DNA of 64,000 nucleotides, from positions 13,020,001-13,084,000 of the forward strand of contig OZ024740.1 in the NCBI GenBank assembly GCA_964016885.1. The letters are read 5' to 3'. The notes beneath the pieces were generated by a model, which ran no database searches, was not told where the DNA came from, and saw nothing but the letters and a program-made list of their open reading frames with translations. Positions 1-15,000 of this stretch are shown piece by piece (the first letter of the stretch is position 1; every line of letters starts with the position of its first letter). Source of the stretch: Eledone cirrhosa (taxonomy: Eukaryota). Made by a program: the position numbers and the translations under genes.

Positions 1-3000
1 CTAGTCTAATGTTTTGTCTCTAGTCTAATGTCTTGTCTCTAGTCTAATGTCTTGTCACTACTCTAATGTCTCTAGTCTAATGTCTTGTCTCTAGTCTAAT
101 GTCTTGTCCCTAGTCTAATGTCTCTAGTCTAATGTCTTGTCTCTAGTCTAATGTCTTGTCTCTAGTCTAATGTATCTAGTCTAATATCTTGTCTCTAGTC
201 TAATGTCTTGTCTCTACTCTAGTGTCTCTAGTCTAATGTCTTGTCTCTAGTCTAATGTCTTGTCTCTAGTCTCATGTCTTGTCGCTAGTCTCATGTCTTG
301 TCTCTAGTCTAATGTCTTGTCTCTAGTCTAATGTATCTAGTCGAATATCTTGTCTCTAGTCTAATGTTTTGTCTCTACTCTAATGTCTCTAGTCTAATGT
401 CTTGTCTCTAGTCTCATGTCTTGTCTCTAGTCTAATGTTTTGTCTGTAGTCTAATATCTCTAGTATAATGTCTTGTCTCTAGTCTAATGTCTTGTCTCTA
501 GTTTAATGTCTTGTCTCTAGTATAATGTCTTGTCTCTAGTCTAATGTCCCTAGTCTAATGTCTTGTCTCTAGTCTAATGTCTTGTCTCTAGTCTAATGTC
601 TTGTCTCTAGTCTAATGTCTCTAGTCTAATGTCTTGTCTCTAGTCTAATGTCTTGTCTCTAATCTAATGTCTCTAGTCTAATGTCTCTAGTCTAATGTCT
701 TGTCTCTAATCTAATGTCTCTAGTCCAATGTCTTGTCTCTAGTCTAATGTCTTGTCTCTAGTCCAATGTCTTGTCTCTAGTCTAATGTATCTAGACTAAT
801 GTCTTGTCTCCAGTCTAATGTCTTGTCTCTAGTCTAATGTCTCTAGTCTAATGTCTTGTCTCTAGTCTAATGTATCTAGTCTAATGTCTTGTCTCTTGTG
901 TAATGTCTTATCTCTAGTCTAATGTCTCCAATCTAATGTCTTGTCTCTAGTCTAATGTCTCGTCTCTAGTCTAATATCTTGTCTCTAATCTAATATCACT
1001 AGTCTAATGTCTTGTTTCTAGTCTAATGTCTCTAGTCTAATGTCTTATCTCTAATCTAATGTCTCTAGTATAATGTCTCTAGTCTAATGTCTTGTATTTA
1101 GTCTAATGTCTTGTCTCTAGTCTAATGTCTCTAGTCTAATGTCTTGTCACTCTTCTAATATGTTGTCTCTAGTCTAATATCTTGTCTCTAGTCTAATGTC
1201 TCTAGTCTAATGTCTCTAGTCTAATGTCTTGTCTCTTTTCTAATGTCTTGTCTCTAGTCTAATGTCTCTAGTCTAATGTCTTGTCTCTAGTCTAATGTCT
1301 CTAGTCTAATGTCTCCAGTCTAATGTCTTGTCTCTAGTCTAATGTCTTGTCTCTAATCTAATGTCTCTAGTCCAATGTCTTGTCTCTAGTCTAATGTCTT
1401 GTCTCTAGTCTAATGTCTTGTCTCTAGTCTAATGTATCTAGACTAATGTCTTGTCTCCAGTCTAATGTCTTGTCTCTAGTCTAATGTCTTGTCTCTAGTC
1501 TAATGTCTCGTCTCTAGTCTAATATCTTGTCTCTAATCTAATGTCTCTAGTCTAATGTCTCATCTCTAGTCTAATGTCTCTAATCTAATGTCTTATCTCT
1601 AATCTAATGTCTCTAGTATAATGTCTGTAGTCTAATGTCTTGTATCTTGTCTAATGTCTTGTTTCTAGTCTAATGTCTCTAGTCTAATGTCTTGTTTCTA
1701 GACTAATGTCTCTAGTCTAATGTCTCTAGTCAAATGTCACTAGTCTAATGTCTTGTCTCTAGCCTAATGTCTTGTCTCTAGTCTAATATCTTGTCTCTAG
1801 TCTAATGTCTCTAGATTAATGTCCTCTTTCTAGTCTAATGTCTTGTCTCTAATCTAATGTCTTGTCTCTAGTCTAATGTACTGTCTCTAGTCTAATTTCT
1901 TGTCTCTAGTCTAATGTCTTGTCTCTAGTCTAATGTCTTGTCTCTAGTCTAATGTCTCTAGTCTAATGTCTTTTCTCTAGTCTATTATCTTGTCTCTAGT
2001 CTAATATCTTGTCTCTAGTCTAATGTCTTGTCTTTAGTCTAATGTCTCTAGTCTAATGTCTCTAGTCTAATGTTTCTAGTCTAATGTCTTGTGTCTAGTC
2101 TAATGTCTGTAGTCTAATGTCTTGTATCTAGTCTAATGTCTTGTCTCTAGTCTTATGTCTTGTCTCTAATCTAATACCCCTAGTCTAATGTCTTGTCTCT
2201 AGTCTAATGTCTTGTCTCTAGTCTAATGTCTTGTCTCTAGTCTAATGTCCCTCGTCTAATGTCTTGTCTCTAGTCTAATGTCTCTAGTCTAATGTCTTGT
2301 CTCTAGTCTAATATCTTGTCTCTAGTCTAATGTCTTGTCTCTAGTCTAATGTCTTGTCTCTAGTCTAATGTCCCTCGTCTAATGTCTTGTCTCTAGTCTA
2401 ACGTCTCTTGTCTAATTTCTTGTCTCTAGTCTAATGTCTTGTCTCTAGTCTAATGTCAGTAGTCTAATGTCTTGTCTCTAGTCTAATATCTTGTCTCTAG
2501 TCTAATGTCTCTAGTCTAATGTCTTGTCTCTAGTTTAATGTCTTGTGTCTAGTCTAATATCTCTAGTCTAATGTCTTGTCTCTAATCTAATGTCTCTAGT
2601 CTAATGTCTTGTCTCTAATCTAATGTCTCTTGTCTAATGTCTGGTCTCTAGTCTATTGACTCTAGTCTAATGTCTCTAGTATAATGTCTTGTCTTTTGTC
2701 TAATGTCTTGTCTCTTGTCTAACGTATTGTCTCTAGTCTAATGTCTTGTCTCTAGTCTAATGCCTCTAGTCTAATGTCTTGTCTCTAGTCTAATGTCTTG
2801 TCTCTAGTCTAATGTATCTAGTCTAATATCTTGTCTCTAGTCTAATGTCTTGTCTCTACTCTAATGTCTTGTCTCTAGTCTCATGTCTCGTCTCTAGTCT
2901 CATGTCTTGTCTCTAGTCTAATGTTTTGTCTCTACTCTAATGCCTCTAGTCTAATATCTTGTCTCTAGTCTAATGGCTTGTCTCTACTCTATTGTCTCTA

Positions 3001-6000
3001 GTCTAATGTCTTGTCTCTAGTCTAATGTCTTGTCTCTACTCTAATGTCTCTAGTCTAATGTCTTGTCTCTAGTCTCATGTCTTGTCTCTAGTCTCATGTC
3101 TTGTCTCTAGTCTAATGTTTTGTCTCTAGTCTAATGTCTCTAGTCTAATATCTTGTCTGTAGCCTAATGTTTTGTCTCTAGTCTAATGTCTTGTCTCTAG
3201 TCTAATGTCTTGTCTCTACTCTAATGTCTCTAGTCTAATGTCTTGTCTCTAGTCTAATGTCTTGTCCCAGTCTAATGTCTCTAGTCTAATGTCTTGTCTC
3301 TAGTCTAATGTCTTGTCTCTACTCTAATGTCTCTAGTCTAATATCTTGTCTCTAGTCTAATGGCTTGTCTCTACTCTATTGTCTCTAGTCTAATGTCTTG
3401 TCTCTAGTCTAATGTCTTGTCTCTACTCTAATGTCTCTAGTCTAATGTCTTGTCTCTAGTCTCATGTCTTGTCTCTAGTCTCATGTCTTGTCTCTAGTCT
3501 AATGTTTTGTCTCTAGTCTAATGTCTCTAGTCTAATGTCTTGTCTCTAGTCTAATGTCTTGTCTCTAGTCTAATGTTTTGTCTCTCGTCTAATGTCTCTA
3601 GTCTAATATCTTGTCTCTAGTCTAATGTTTTGTCTCTAGTCTAATGTCTTGTCTCTAGTCTAATGTCTTGTCTCTACTCTAATGTCTCTAGTCTAATGTC
3701 TTGTCTCTAGTCTAATGTCTTGTCCCTAGTCTAATGTCTCTAGTCTAATGTCTTGTCTCTAGTCTAATGTCTTGTCTCTAGTCTAATGTATCTAGTCTAA
3801 TATCTTGTCTCTAGTCTAATGTCTTGTCTCTACTCTAGTGTCTCTAGTCTAATGTCTTGTCTCTAGTCTAATGTCTTGTCTCTAGTCTCATGTCTTGTCG
3901 CTAGTCTCATGTCTTGTCTCTAGTCTAATGTCTTGTCTCTAGTCTAATGTATCTAGTCGAATATCTTGTCTCTAGTCTAATGTTTTGTCTCTACTCTAAT
4001 GTCTCTAGTCTAATGTCTTGTCTCTAGTCTCATGTCTTGTCTCTAGTTTAATGTTTTGTCTGTAGTCTAATATCTCTAGTATAATGTCTTGTCTCTAGTC
4101 TAATGTCTTGTCTCTAGTTTAATGTCTTGTCTCTAGTATAATGTCTTGTCTCTAGTCTAATGTCTCTAGTCTAATGTCTTGTCTCTAGTCTAATGTCTTG
4201 TCTCTAGTCTAATGTCTTGTCTCTAGTCTAATGTCTCTAGTCTAATGTCTTGTCTCTAGTCTAATGTCTTGTCTCTAATCTAATGTCTCTAATCTAATGT
4301 CTCTAGTCTAATGTCTCTAGTCTAATGTCTTGTCTCTAATCTAATGTCTCTAGTCCAATGTCTTGTCTCTAGTCTAATGTCTTGTCTCTAGTCCAATGTC
4401 TTGTCTCTAGTCTAATGTATCTAGACTAATGTCTTGTCTCCAGTCTAATGTCTTGTCTCTAGTCTAATGTCTCTAGTCTAATGTCTTGTCTCTAGTCTAA
4501 TGTATCTAGTCTAATGTCTTGTCTCTTGTGTAATGTCTTATCTCTAGTCTAATGTCTCCAATCTAATGTCTTGTCTCTAGTCTAATGTCTCGTCTCTAGT
4601 CTAATATCTTGTCTCTAATCTAATATCACTAGTCTAATGTCTTGTTTCTAGTCTAATGTCTCTAGTCTAATGTCTTATCTCTAATCTAATGTCTCTAGTA
4701 TAATGTCTCTAGTCTAATGTCTTGTATTTAGTCTAATGTCTTGTCTCTAGTCTAATGTCTCTAGTCTAATGTCTTGTCACTCTTCTAATATGTTGTCTCT
4801 AGTCTAATATCTTGTCTCTAGTCTAATGTCTCTAGTCTAATGTCTCTAGTCTAATGTCTTGTCTCTTTTCTAATGTCTTGTCTCTAGTCTAATGTCTCTA
4901 GTTTAATGTCTTGTCTCTAGTCTAATGTCTCTAGTCTAATGTCTCCAGTCTAATGTCTTGTCTCTAGTCTAATGTCTTGTCTCTAATCTAATGTCTCTAG
5001 TCCAATGTCTTGTCTCTAGTCTAATGTCTTGTCTCTAGTCTAATGTCTTGTCTCTAGTCTAATGTATCTAGACTAATGTCTTGTCTCCAGTCTAATGTCT
5101 TGTCTCTAGTCTAATGTCTTGTCTCTAGACTAATGTCTCGTCTCTAGTCTAATATCTTGTCTCTAATCTAATGTCTCTAGTCTAATGTCTCATCTCTAGT
5201 CTAATGTCTCTAATCTAATGTCTTATCTCTAATCTAATGTCTCTAGTATAATGTCTGTAGTCTAATGTCTTGTATCTTGTCTAATGTCTTGTTTCTAGTC
5301 TAATGTCTCTAGTCTAATGTCTTGTTTCTAGACTAATGTCTCTAGTCTAATGTCTCTAGTCAAATGTCACTAGTCTAATGTCTTGTCTCTAGCCTAATGT
5401 CTTGTCTCTAGTCTAATATCTTGTCTCTAGTCTAATGTCTCTAGATTAATGTCCTCTTTCTAGTCTAATGTCTTGTCTCTAATCTAATGTCTTGTCTCTA
5501 GTCTAATGTACTGTCTCTAGTCTAATTTCTTGTCTCTAGTCTAATGTCTTGTCTCTAGTCTAATGTCTTGTCTCTAGTCTAATGTCTCTAGTCTAATGTC
5601 TTTTCTCTAGTCTATTATCTTGTCTCTAGTCTAATATCTTGTCTCTAGTCTAATGTCTTGTCTCTAGTCTAATGTCTCTAGTCTAATGTCTCTAGTCTAA
5701 TGTTTCTAGTCTAATGTCTTGTGTCTAGTCTAATGTCTGTAGTCTAATGTCTTGTATCTAGTCTAATGTCTTGTCTCTAGTCTTATGTCTTGTCTCTAAT
5801 CTAATACCCCTAGTCTAATGTCTTGTCTCTAGTCTAATGTCTTGTCTCTAGTCTAATGTCTTGTCTCTAGTCTAATGTCCCTCGTCTAATGTCTTGTCTC
5901 TAGTCTAATGTCTCTAGTCTAATGTCTTGTCTCTAGTCTAATATCTTGTCTCTAGTCTAATGTCTTGTCTCTAGTCTAATGTCTTGTCTCTAGTCTAATG

Positions 6001-9000
6001 TCCCTCGTCTAATGTCTTGTCTCTAGTCTAACGTCTCTTGTCTAATTTCTTGTCTCTAGTCTAATGTCTTGTCTCTAGTCTAATGTCAGTAGTCTAATGT
6101 CTTGTCTCTAGTCTAATATCTTGTCTCTAGTCTAATGTCTCTAGTCTAATGTCTTGTCTCTAGTTTAATGTCTTGTGTCTAGTCTAATATCTCTAGTCTA
6201 ATGTCTTGTCTCTAATCTAATGTCTCTAGTCTAATGTCTTGTCTCTAATCTAATGTCTCTTGTCTAATGTCTTGTCTCTAGTCTATTGACTCTAGTCTAA
6301 TGTCTCTAGTATAATGTCTTGTCTTTTGTCTAATGTCTTGTCTCTTGTCTAACGTATTGTCTCTAGTCTAATGTCTTGTCTCTAGTCTAATGCCTCTAGT
6401 CTAATGTCTTGTCTCTAGTCTAATGTCTTGTCTCTAGTCTAATGTATCTAGTCTAATATCTTGTCTCTAGTCTAATGTCTTGTCTCTACTCTAATGTCTT
6501 GTCTCTAGTCTCATGTCTTGTCTCTAGTCTCATGTCTTGTCTCTAGTCTAATGTTTTGTCTCTACTCTAATGCCTCTAGTCTAATATCTTGTCTCTAGTC
6601 TAATGGCTTGTCTCTACTCTATTGTCTCTAGTCTAATGTCTGGTCTCTAGTCTAATGTCTTGTCTCTACTCTAATGTCTCTAGTCTAATGTCTTGTCTCT
6701 AGTCTCATGTCTTGTCTCTAGTCTCATGTCTTGTCTCTAGTCTAATGTTTTGTCTCTAGTCTAATGTCTCTAGTCTAATATCTTGTCTGTAGCCTAATGT
6801 TTTGTCTCTAGTCTAATGTCTTGTCTCTAGTCTAATGTCTTGTCTCTACTCTAATGTCTCTAGTCTAATGTCTTGTCTCTAGTCTAATGTCTTGTCCCAG
6901 TCTAATGTCTCTAGTCTAATGTCTTGTCTCTAGTCTAATGTCTTGTCTCTAGTCTAATGTCTTGTCTCTAGTCTAATGTATCTAGTCTAATATCTTGTCT
7001 CTAGTCTAATGTCTTGTCTCTACTCTAGTGTCTCTAGTCTAGTGTCTCTAGTCTAATGTCTTGTCTCTAGTCTAATGTCTTGTCTCTAGTCTAATGTATC
7101 TAGACTAATGTCTTGTCTCCAGTCTAATGTCTTGTCTCTAGTCTAATGTCTCTAGTCTAATGACTCGTCTCTAGTCTAATTTCTTGTCTCTAATCTAATG
7201 TCTCTAGTCTAATGTCTCATCTCTAGTCTAATGTCTCTAGTCTAATGTCTTATCTCTAATCTAATGTCTCTAGTATAATGTCTGTAGTCTAATGTCTTGT
7301 ATATAGTCTAATGTCTTGTTTCTAGTCTAATGTCTCTAGTCTAATGTCTTGTTTCTAGTCTAATGTCTCTAGTCTAATGTCTCTAGTCAATTGTCTCTAG
7401 TCTAATGTCTTGTCTCTAATCTAATGTCACTAGTCTAATGTCTTGTCTCTAGCCTAATGTCTTGTCTCTAGTCTAATATCTTGTCTCTAGTCTAATGTCT
7501 CTAGATTAATGTCCTCTTTCTAGTCTAATGTCTTGTCTCTAATCTAATGTCTTGTCTCTAGTCTAATGTACTGTCTCTAGTCTAATTTCTTGTCTCTAGT
7601 CTAATGTCTTGTCTCTAGTCTAATGTCTTGGCTCTAGTCTAATGTCTCTAGTCTAATGTCTTTTCTCTAGTCTAATATCTTGTCTCTAGTCTAATATCTT
7701 GTCTCTAGTCTAATGTCTTGTCTCTAGTCTAATGTCTCTAGTCTAATGTCTCTAGTCTAATGTCTCTAGTCTAATGTTTCTAGTCTAATGTCTTGTGTCT
7801 AGTCTAATGTCTGTAGTCTAATGTCTTGTATCTAGTCTAATGTCTTGTCTCTAGTCTAATGTCTTGTCTCTAGTCTAATGTCTTGTCTCTAGTCTAATGT
7901 CCCTCGTCTAATGCCTTGTCTCTAGTCTAATGTCTCTAGTCTAATGTCTTGTCTCTAGTCTAATATCTTGTCTCTAGACTAATGTCTTGTCTCTAGTCTA
8001 ATGTCTTGTCTCTAGTCTAATGTCCCTCGTCTAATGTCTATTCTCTAGTCTAATGTCTCTAGTCTAATTTCTTGTCTCTAGTCTAATGTCTTGTCTCTAG
8101 TCTAATGTTAGTAGTCTAATATCTTGTCTCTAGTCTAATATCTTGTCTCTAGTCTAATGTCTCTAGTCTAATGTCCTGTCTCTAGTTTAATGTCTTGTGT
8201 CTAGTCTAATATCTCTAGTCTAATGTCTTGTCTCTAATCTAATGTCTCTAGTCTAATGTCTTGTCTCTAATCTAATGTCTCTTGTCTAATGTCTTGTCTC
8301 TAGTCTATTGACTCTAGTCTAATGTCTCTAGTATAATGTCTTGTCTTTTGTCTAATGTCTTGTCTCTTGTCTAACGTATTGTCTCTAGTCTAATGTCTTG
8401 TCTCTAGACTAATGCCTCTAGTCTAATGTCTTGTCTCTAGTCTAATGTCTTGTCTCTAGTCTAATGTATCTAGTCTAATATCTTGTCTCTAGTCTAATTT
8501 CTTGTCTCTACTCTAATGTCTTGTCTCTAGTCTCATGTCTTGTCTCTAGTCTCATGTCTTGTCTCTAGTCTAATGTTTTGTCTCCACTCTAATGTCTCTA
8601 GTCTAATATCTTGTCTCTAGTCTAATGGCTTGTCTCTACTCTATTGTCTCTAGTCTAATGTCTTGTCTCTAGTCTAATGTCTTGTCTCTACTCTAATGTC
8701 TCTAGTCTAATGTCTTGTCTCTAGTCTCATGTCTTGTCTCTAGTCTCATGTCTTGTCTCTAGTCTAATGTTTTGTCTCTAGTCTAATGTCTCTAGTCTAA
8801 TGTCTTGTCTCTAGTCTAATGTCTTGTCTCTAGTCTAATGTTTTGTCTCTAGTCTAATGTCTCTAGTCTAATATCTTGTCTCTAGTCTAATGTTTTGTCT
8901 CTAGTCTAATGTCTTGTCTCTAGTCTAATGTCTTGTCTCTACTCTAATGTCTCTAGTCTAATGTCTTGTCTCTAGTCTAATGTCTTGTCCCTAGTCTAAT

Positions 9001-12000
9001 GTCTCTAGTCTTATGTCTTGTCTCTAGTCTAATGTATCTAGTCTAATATCTTGTCTCTCGTCTAATGTCTTGTCTCTACTCTAGTGTCTCTAGTCTAATG
9101 TCTTGTCTCTACTCTAATGTCTTGTCTCTAGTCTCATGTCTTGTCTCTAGTCTCATGTCTTGTCTCTAGTCTAATGTTTTGTCTCTACTCTATTGTCTCT
9201 AGTCTAATATCTTGTCTCTAGTCTAATGGCTTGTCTCTACTCTATTGTCTCTAGTCTAATGTCTTGTCTCTAGTCTAATGTCTTGTCTCTACTCTAATGT
9301 CTCTAGTCTAATGTCTTGTCTCTAGTCTCATGTCTTGTCTCTAGTCTCATGTCTTGTCTCTAGTCTAATGTTTTGTCTCTAGTCTAATGTCTCTAGTCTA
9401 ATGTCTTGTCTCTAGTCTAATGTCTTGTCTCTAGTCTAATGTTTTGTCTCTAGTCTAATGTCTCTAGTCTAATATCTTGTCTCTAGTCTAATGTTTTGTC
9501 TCTAGTCTAATGTCTTGTCTCTAGTCTAATGTCTTGTCTCTACTCTAATGTCTCTAGTATAATGTCTTGTCTCTAGTCTAATGTCTTGTCCCTAGTCTAA
9601 TGTCTCTAGTCTAATGTCTTGTCTCTAGTCTAATGTCTTGTCTCTAGTCTAATGTATCTAGTCTAATATCTTGTCTCTAGTCTAATGTCTTGTCTCTACT
9701 CTAGTGTCTCTAGTCTAATGTCTTGTCTCTAGTCTAATGTCTTGTCTCTAGTCTCATGTCTTGTCGCTAGTCTCATGTCTTGTCTCTAGTCTAATGTCTT
9801 GTCTCTAGTCTAATGTATCTAGTCGAATATCTTGTCTCTAGTCTAATGTCTTGTCTCTACTCTAATGTCTCTAGTCTAATGTCTTGTCTCTAGTCTCATG
9901 TCTTCTCTCTAGTCTAATGTTTTGTCTGTAGTCTAATATCTCTAGTATAATGTCTTGTCTCTAGTCTAATGTCTTGTCTCTAGTTTAATGTCTTGTCTCT
10001 AGTATAATGTCTTGTCTCTAGTCTAATGTCTTGTCTCTAGTCTAATGTCTCTAGTCTAATGTCTTGTCTCTAGTCTAATGTCTTGTCTCTAGTCTAATGT
10101 CTTGTCTCTAGTCTAATGTCTCTAGTCTAATGTCTTGTCTCTAGTCTAATGTCTTGTCTCTAATCTAATGTCTCTAGTCTAATGTCTCTAGTCTAATGTC
10201 TTGTCTCTAATCTAATATCTCTAGTCCAATGTCTTGTCTCTAGTCTAATGTCTTGTCTCTAGTCTAATGTATCTAGACTAATGTCTTGTCTCCAGTCTAA
10301 TGTCTTGTCTCTAGTCTAATGTCTCTAGTCTAATGTCTTGTCTCTAGTCTAATGTATCTAGTCTAATGTCTTGTCTCTTGTGTAATGTCTTATCTCTAGT
10401 CTAATGTCTCCAATCTAATGTCTTGTCTCTAGTCTAATGTCTCGTCTCTAGTCTAATATCTTGTCTCTAATCTAATATCACTAGTCTAATGTCTTGTGTC
10501 TAGTCTAATGTCTGTAGTCTAATGTCTTGTATCTAGTCTAATGTCTTGTCTCTAGTCTAATGTCTTGTCTCTAGTCTAATGTCTTGTCTCTAGTCTAATG
10601 TCTTGTCTCTAGTCTAATGTCCCTCGTCTAATGTCTTGTCTCTAGTCTAATGTCTCTAGTCTAATGTCTTGTCTCTAGTCTAATATCTTGTCTCTAGTCT
10701 AATGTCTTGTCTCTAGTCTAATGTCTTGTCTCTAGTCTAATGTCCCTCGTCTAATGTCTTGTCTCTAGTCTAACTTCTCTAGTCTAATTTCTTGTCTCTA
10801 GTCTAATGTCTTGTCTCTAGTCTAATGTCAGTAGTCTAATATCTTGTCTCTAGTCTAATATCTTGTCTCTAGTCTAATGTCTCTAGTCTAATGTCTTGTC
10901 TCTAGTTTAATGTCTTGTGTCTAGTCTAATATCTCTAGTCTAATGTCTTGTCTCTAATCTAATGTCTCTTGTCTAATGTCTTGTCTCTAGTCTATTGACT
11001 CTAGTCTAATGTCTCTAGTATAATGTCTTGTCTTTTGTCTAATGTCTTGTCTCTTGTCTAACGTATTGTCTCTAGTCTAATGTCTTGTCTCTAGACTAAT
11101 GTCTTGTCTCTAGTCTAATGTATCTAGTCTAATATCTTGTCTCTAGTCTAATGTCTTGTCTCTACTCTAATGTCTTGTCTCTAGTCTCATGTCTTGTCTC
11201 TAGTCTCATGTCTTGTCTGTAGTCTAATGTTTTGTCTCTACTCTAATGTCTCTAGTCTAATATCTTGTCTCTAGTCTAATGGCTTGTCTCTACTCTATTG
11301 TCTCTAGTCTAATGTCTTGTCTCTAGTCTAATGTCTTGTCTCTACTCTAATGTCTCTAGTCTAATGTCTTGTCTCTAGTCTCATGTCTTGTCTCTAGTCT
11401 AATATTTTGTCTCTAGTCTAATGTCTCTAGTCTAATGTCTTGTCTCTAGTCTAATGTCTTGTCTCTAGTCTAATGTTTTGTCTCTAGTCTAATGTCTCTA
11501 GTCTAATATCTTGTCTCTAGTCTAATGTTTTGTCTCTAGTCTAATGTCTTGTCTCTAGTCTAATGTCTTGTATCTACTCTAATGTCTCTAGTCTAATGTC
11601 TTGTCTCTAGTCTAATGTCTTGTCCCTAGTCTAATGTCTCTAGTCTAATGTCTTGTCTCTAGTCTAATGTCTTGTCTCTAGTCTAATGTCTTGTCTCTAG
11701 TCTAATGTATCTAGTCTAATATCTTGTCTCTCGTCTAATGTCTTGTCTCTACTCTAGTGTCTCTAGTCTAATGTCTTGTCTCTACTCTAATGTCTTGTCT
11801 CTAGTCTCATGTCTTGTCTCTAGTCTCATGTCTTGTCTCTAGTCTAATGTTTTGTCTCTACTCTAATGTCTCTAGTCTAATATCTTGTCTCTAGTCTAAT
11901 GGCTTGTCTCTACTCTATTGTCTCTAGTCTAATGTCTTGTCTCTAGTCTAATGTCTTGTCTCTACTCTAATGTCTCTAGTCTAATGTCTTGTCTCTAGTC

Positions 12001-15000
12001 TCATGTCTTGTCTCTAGTCTCATGTCTTGTCTCTAGTCTAATGTTTTGTCTCTAGTCTAATGTCTCTAGTCTAATGTCTTGTCTCTAGTCTAATGTCTTG
12101 TCTCTAGTCTAATGTTTTGTCTCTAGTCTAATGTCTCTAGTCTAATATCTTGTCTCTAGTCTAATGTTTTGTCTCTAGTCTAATGTCTTGTCTCTAGTCT
12201 AATGTCTTGTCTCTACTCTAATGTCTCTAGTCTAATGTCTTGTCTCTAGTCTAATGTCTTGTCCCTAGTCTAATGTCTCTAGTCTAATGTCTTGTCTCTA
12301 GTCTAATGTCTTGTCTCTAGTCTAATGTCTTGTCTCTAGTCTAATGTATCTAGTCTAATAAATTGTCTCTAGTCTAATGTCTTGTCTCTACTCTAGTGTC
12401 TCTAGTCTAATGTCTTGTCTCTAGTCTAATGTCTTGTCTCTAGTCTCATGTCTTGTCGCTAGTCTCATGTCTTGTCTCTAGTCTAATGTCTTGTCTCTAG
12501 TCTAATGTATCTAGTCGAATATCTTGTTTCTAGTCTAATGTTTTGTCTGTAGTCTAATATCTCTAGTATAATGTCTTGTCTCTAGTCTAATGTCTTGTCT
12601 CTAGTTTAATGTCTTGTCTCTAGTATAATGTCTTGTCTCTAGTCTAATGTCTCTAGTCTAATGTCTCTAGTCTAATGTCTTGTCTCTAGTCTAATGTCTT
12701 GTCTCTAGTCTAATGTCTTGTCTCTAGTCTAATGTCTCTAGTCTAATGTCTTGTCTCTAGTCTAATGTCTTGTCTCTAATCTAATGTCTCTAGTCTAATG
12801 TCTCTAGTCTAATGTCTTGTCTCTAATCTAATGTCTCTAGTCCAATGTCTTGTCTCTAGTCTAATGTCTTGTCTCTAGTCTAATGTCTCTAGTCTAATGT
12901 CTTGTCTCTAGTCTAATGTCTTGTCTCTAATCTAATGTCTCTAGTCTAATGTCTCTAGTCTAATGTCTTGTCTCTAATCTAATGTCTCTAGTCCAATGTC
13001 TTGTCTCTAGTCTAATGTCTTGTCTCTAGTCCAATGTCTTGTCTCTAGTCTAATGTCTTTTCTCTAGTCTAATATCTTGTCTCTAGTCTAATATCTTGTC
13101 TCTAGTCTAATGTCTTGTCTCTAGTCTAATGTCTCTAGTCTAATGTCTCTAGTCTAATGTCTCTAGTCTAATGTTTCTAGTCTAATGTCTTGTGTCTAGT
13201 CTAATGTCTGTAGTCTAATGTCTTGTATCTAGTCTAATGTCTTGTCTCTAGTCTAATGTCTTGTCTCTAGTCTAATGTCTTGTCTCTAGTCTAATGTCTT
13301 GTCTCTAGTCTAATGTCCCTCGTCTAATGCCTTGTCTCTAGTCTAATGTCTCTAGTCTAATGTCTTGTCTCTAGTCTAATATCTTGTCTCTAGACTAATG
13401 TCTTGTCTCTAGTCTAATGTCTTGTCTCTAGTCTAATGTCCCTCGTCTAATGTCTTGTCTCTAGTCTAACGTCTCTAGTCTAATTTCTTGTCTCTAGTCT
13501 AATGTCTTGTCTCTAGTCTAATGTTAGTAGTCTAATATCTTGTCTCTTGTCTAATATCTTGTCTCTAGTCTAATGTCTCTAGTCTAATGTCCTGTCTCTA
13601 GTTTAATGTCTTGTGTCTAGTCTAATATCTCTAGTCTAATGTCTTGTCTCTAATCTAATGTCTCTAGTCTAATGTCTTGTCTCTAATCTAATGTCTCTTG
13701 TCTAATATCTTGTCTCTAGTCTATTGACTCTAGTCTAATGTCTCTAGTATAATGTCTTGTCTTTTGTCTAATGTCTTGTCTCTTGTCTAACGTATTGTCT
13801 CTAGTCTAATGTCTTGTCTCTAGACTAATGCCTCTAGTCTAATGTCTTGTCTCTAGTCTAATGTCTTGTCTCTAGTCTAATGTATCTAGTCTAATATCTT
13901 GTCTCTGGTCTAATTTCTTGTCTCTACTCTAATGTCTTGTCTCTAGTCTCATGTCTTGTCTCTAGTCTCATGTCTTGTCTCTAGTCTAATGTTTTGTCTC
14001 CACTCTAATGTCTCTAGTCTAATATCTTGTCTCTAGTCTAATGGCTTGTCTCTACTCTATTGTCTCTAGTCTAATGTCTTGTCTCTAGTCTAATGTCTTG
14101 TCTCTACTCTAATGTCTCTAGTCTAATGTCTTGTCACTAGTCTCATGTCTTGTCTCTAGTCTCATGTCTTGTCTCTAGTCTAATGTTTTGTCTCTAGTCT
14201 AATGTCTCTAGTCTAATGTCTTGTCTCTAGTCTAATGTCTTGTCTCTAGTCTAATGTTTTGTCTCTAGTCTAATGTCTCTAGTCTAATATCTTGTCTCTA
14301 GTCTAATGTTTTGTCTCTAGTCTAATGTCTTGTCTCTAGTCTAATGTCTTGTCTCTACTCTAATGTCTCTAGTCTAATGTCTTGTCTCTAGTCTAATGTC
14401 TTGTCCCTAGTCTAATGTCTCTAGTCTAATGTCTTGTCTCTAGTCTAATGTATCTAGTCTAATATCTTGTCTCTCGTCTAATGTCTTGTCTCTACTCTAG
14501 TGTCTCTAGTCTAATGTCTTGTCTCTACTCTAATGTCTTGTCTCTAGTCTCATGTCTTGTCTCTAGTCTCATGTCTTGTCTCTAGTCTAATGTTTTGTCT
14601 CTACTCTATTGTCTCTAGTCTAATATCTTGTCTCTAGTCTAATGGCTTGTCTCTACTCTATTGTCTCTAGTCTAATGTCTTGTCTCTAGTCTAATGTCTT
14701 GTCTCTACTCTAATGTCTCTAGTCTAATGTCTTGTCTCTAGTCTCATGTCTTGTCTCTAGTCTCATGTCTTGTCTCTAGTCTAATGTTTTGTCTCTAGTC
14801 TAATGTCTCTAGTCTAATGTCTTGTCTCTAGTCTAATGTCTTGTCTCTAGTCTAATGTTTTGTCTCTAGTCTAATGTCTCTAGTCTAATATCTTGTCTCT
14901 AGTCTAATGTTTTGTCTCTAGTCTAATGTCTTGTCTCTAGTCTAATGTCTTGTCTCTACTCTAATGTCTCTAGTATAATGTCTTGTCTCTAGTCTAATGT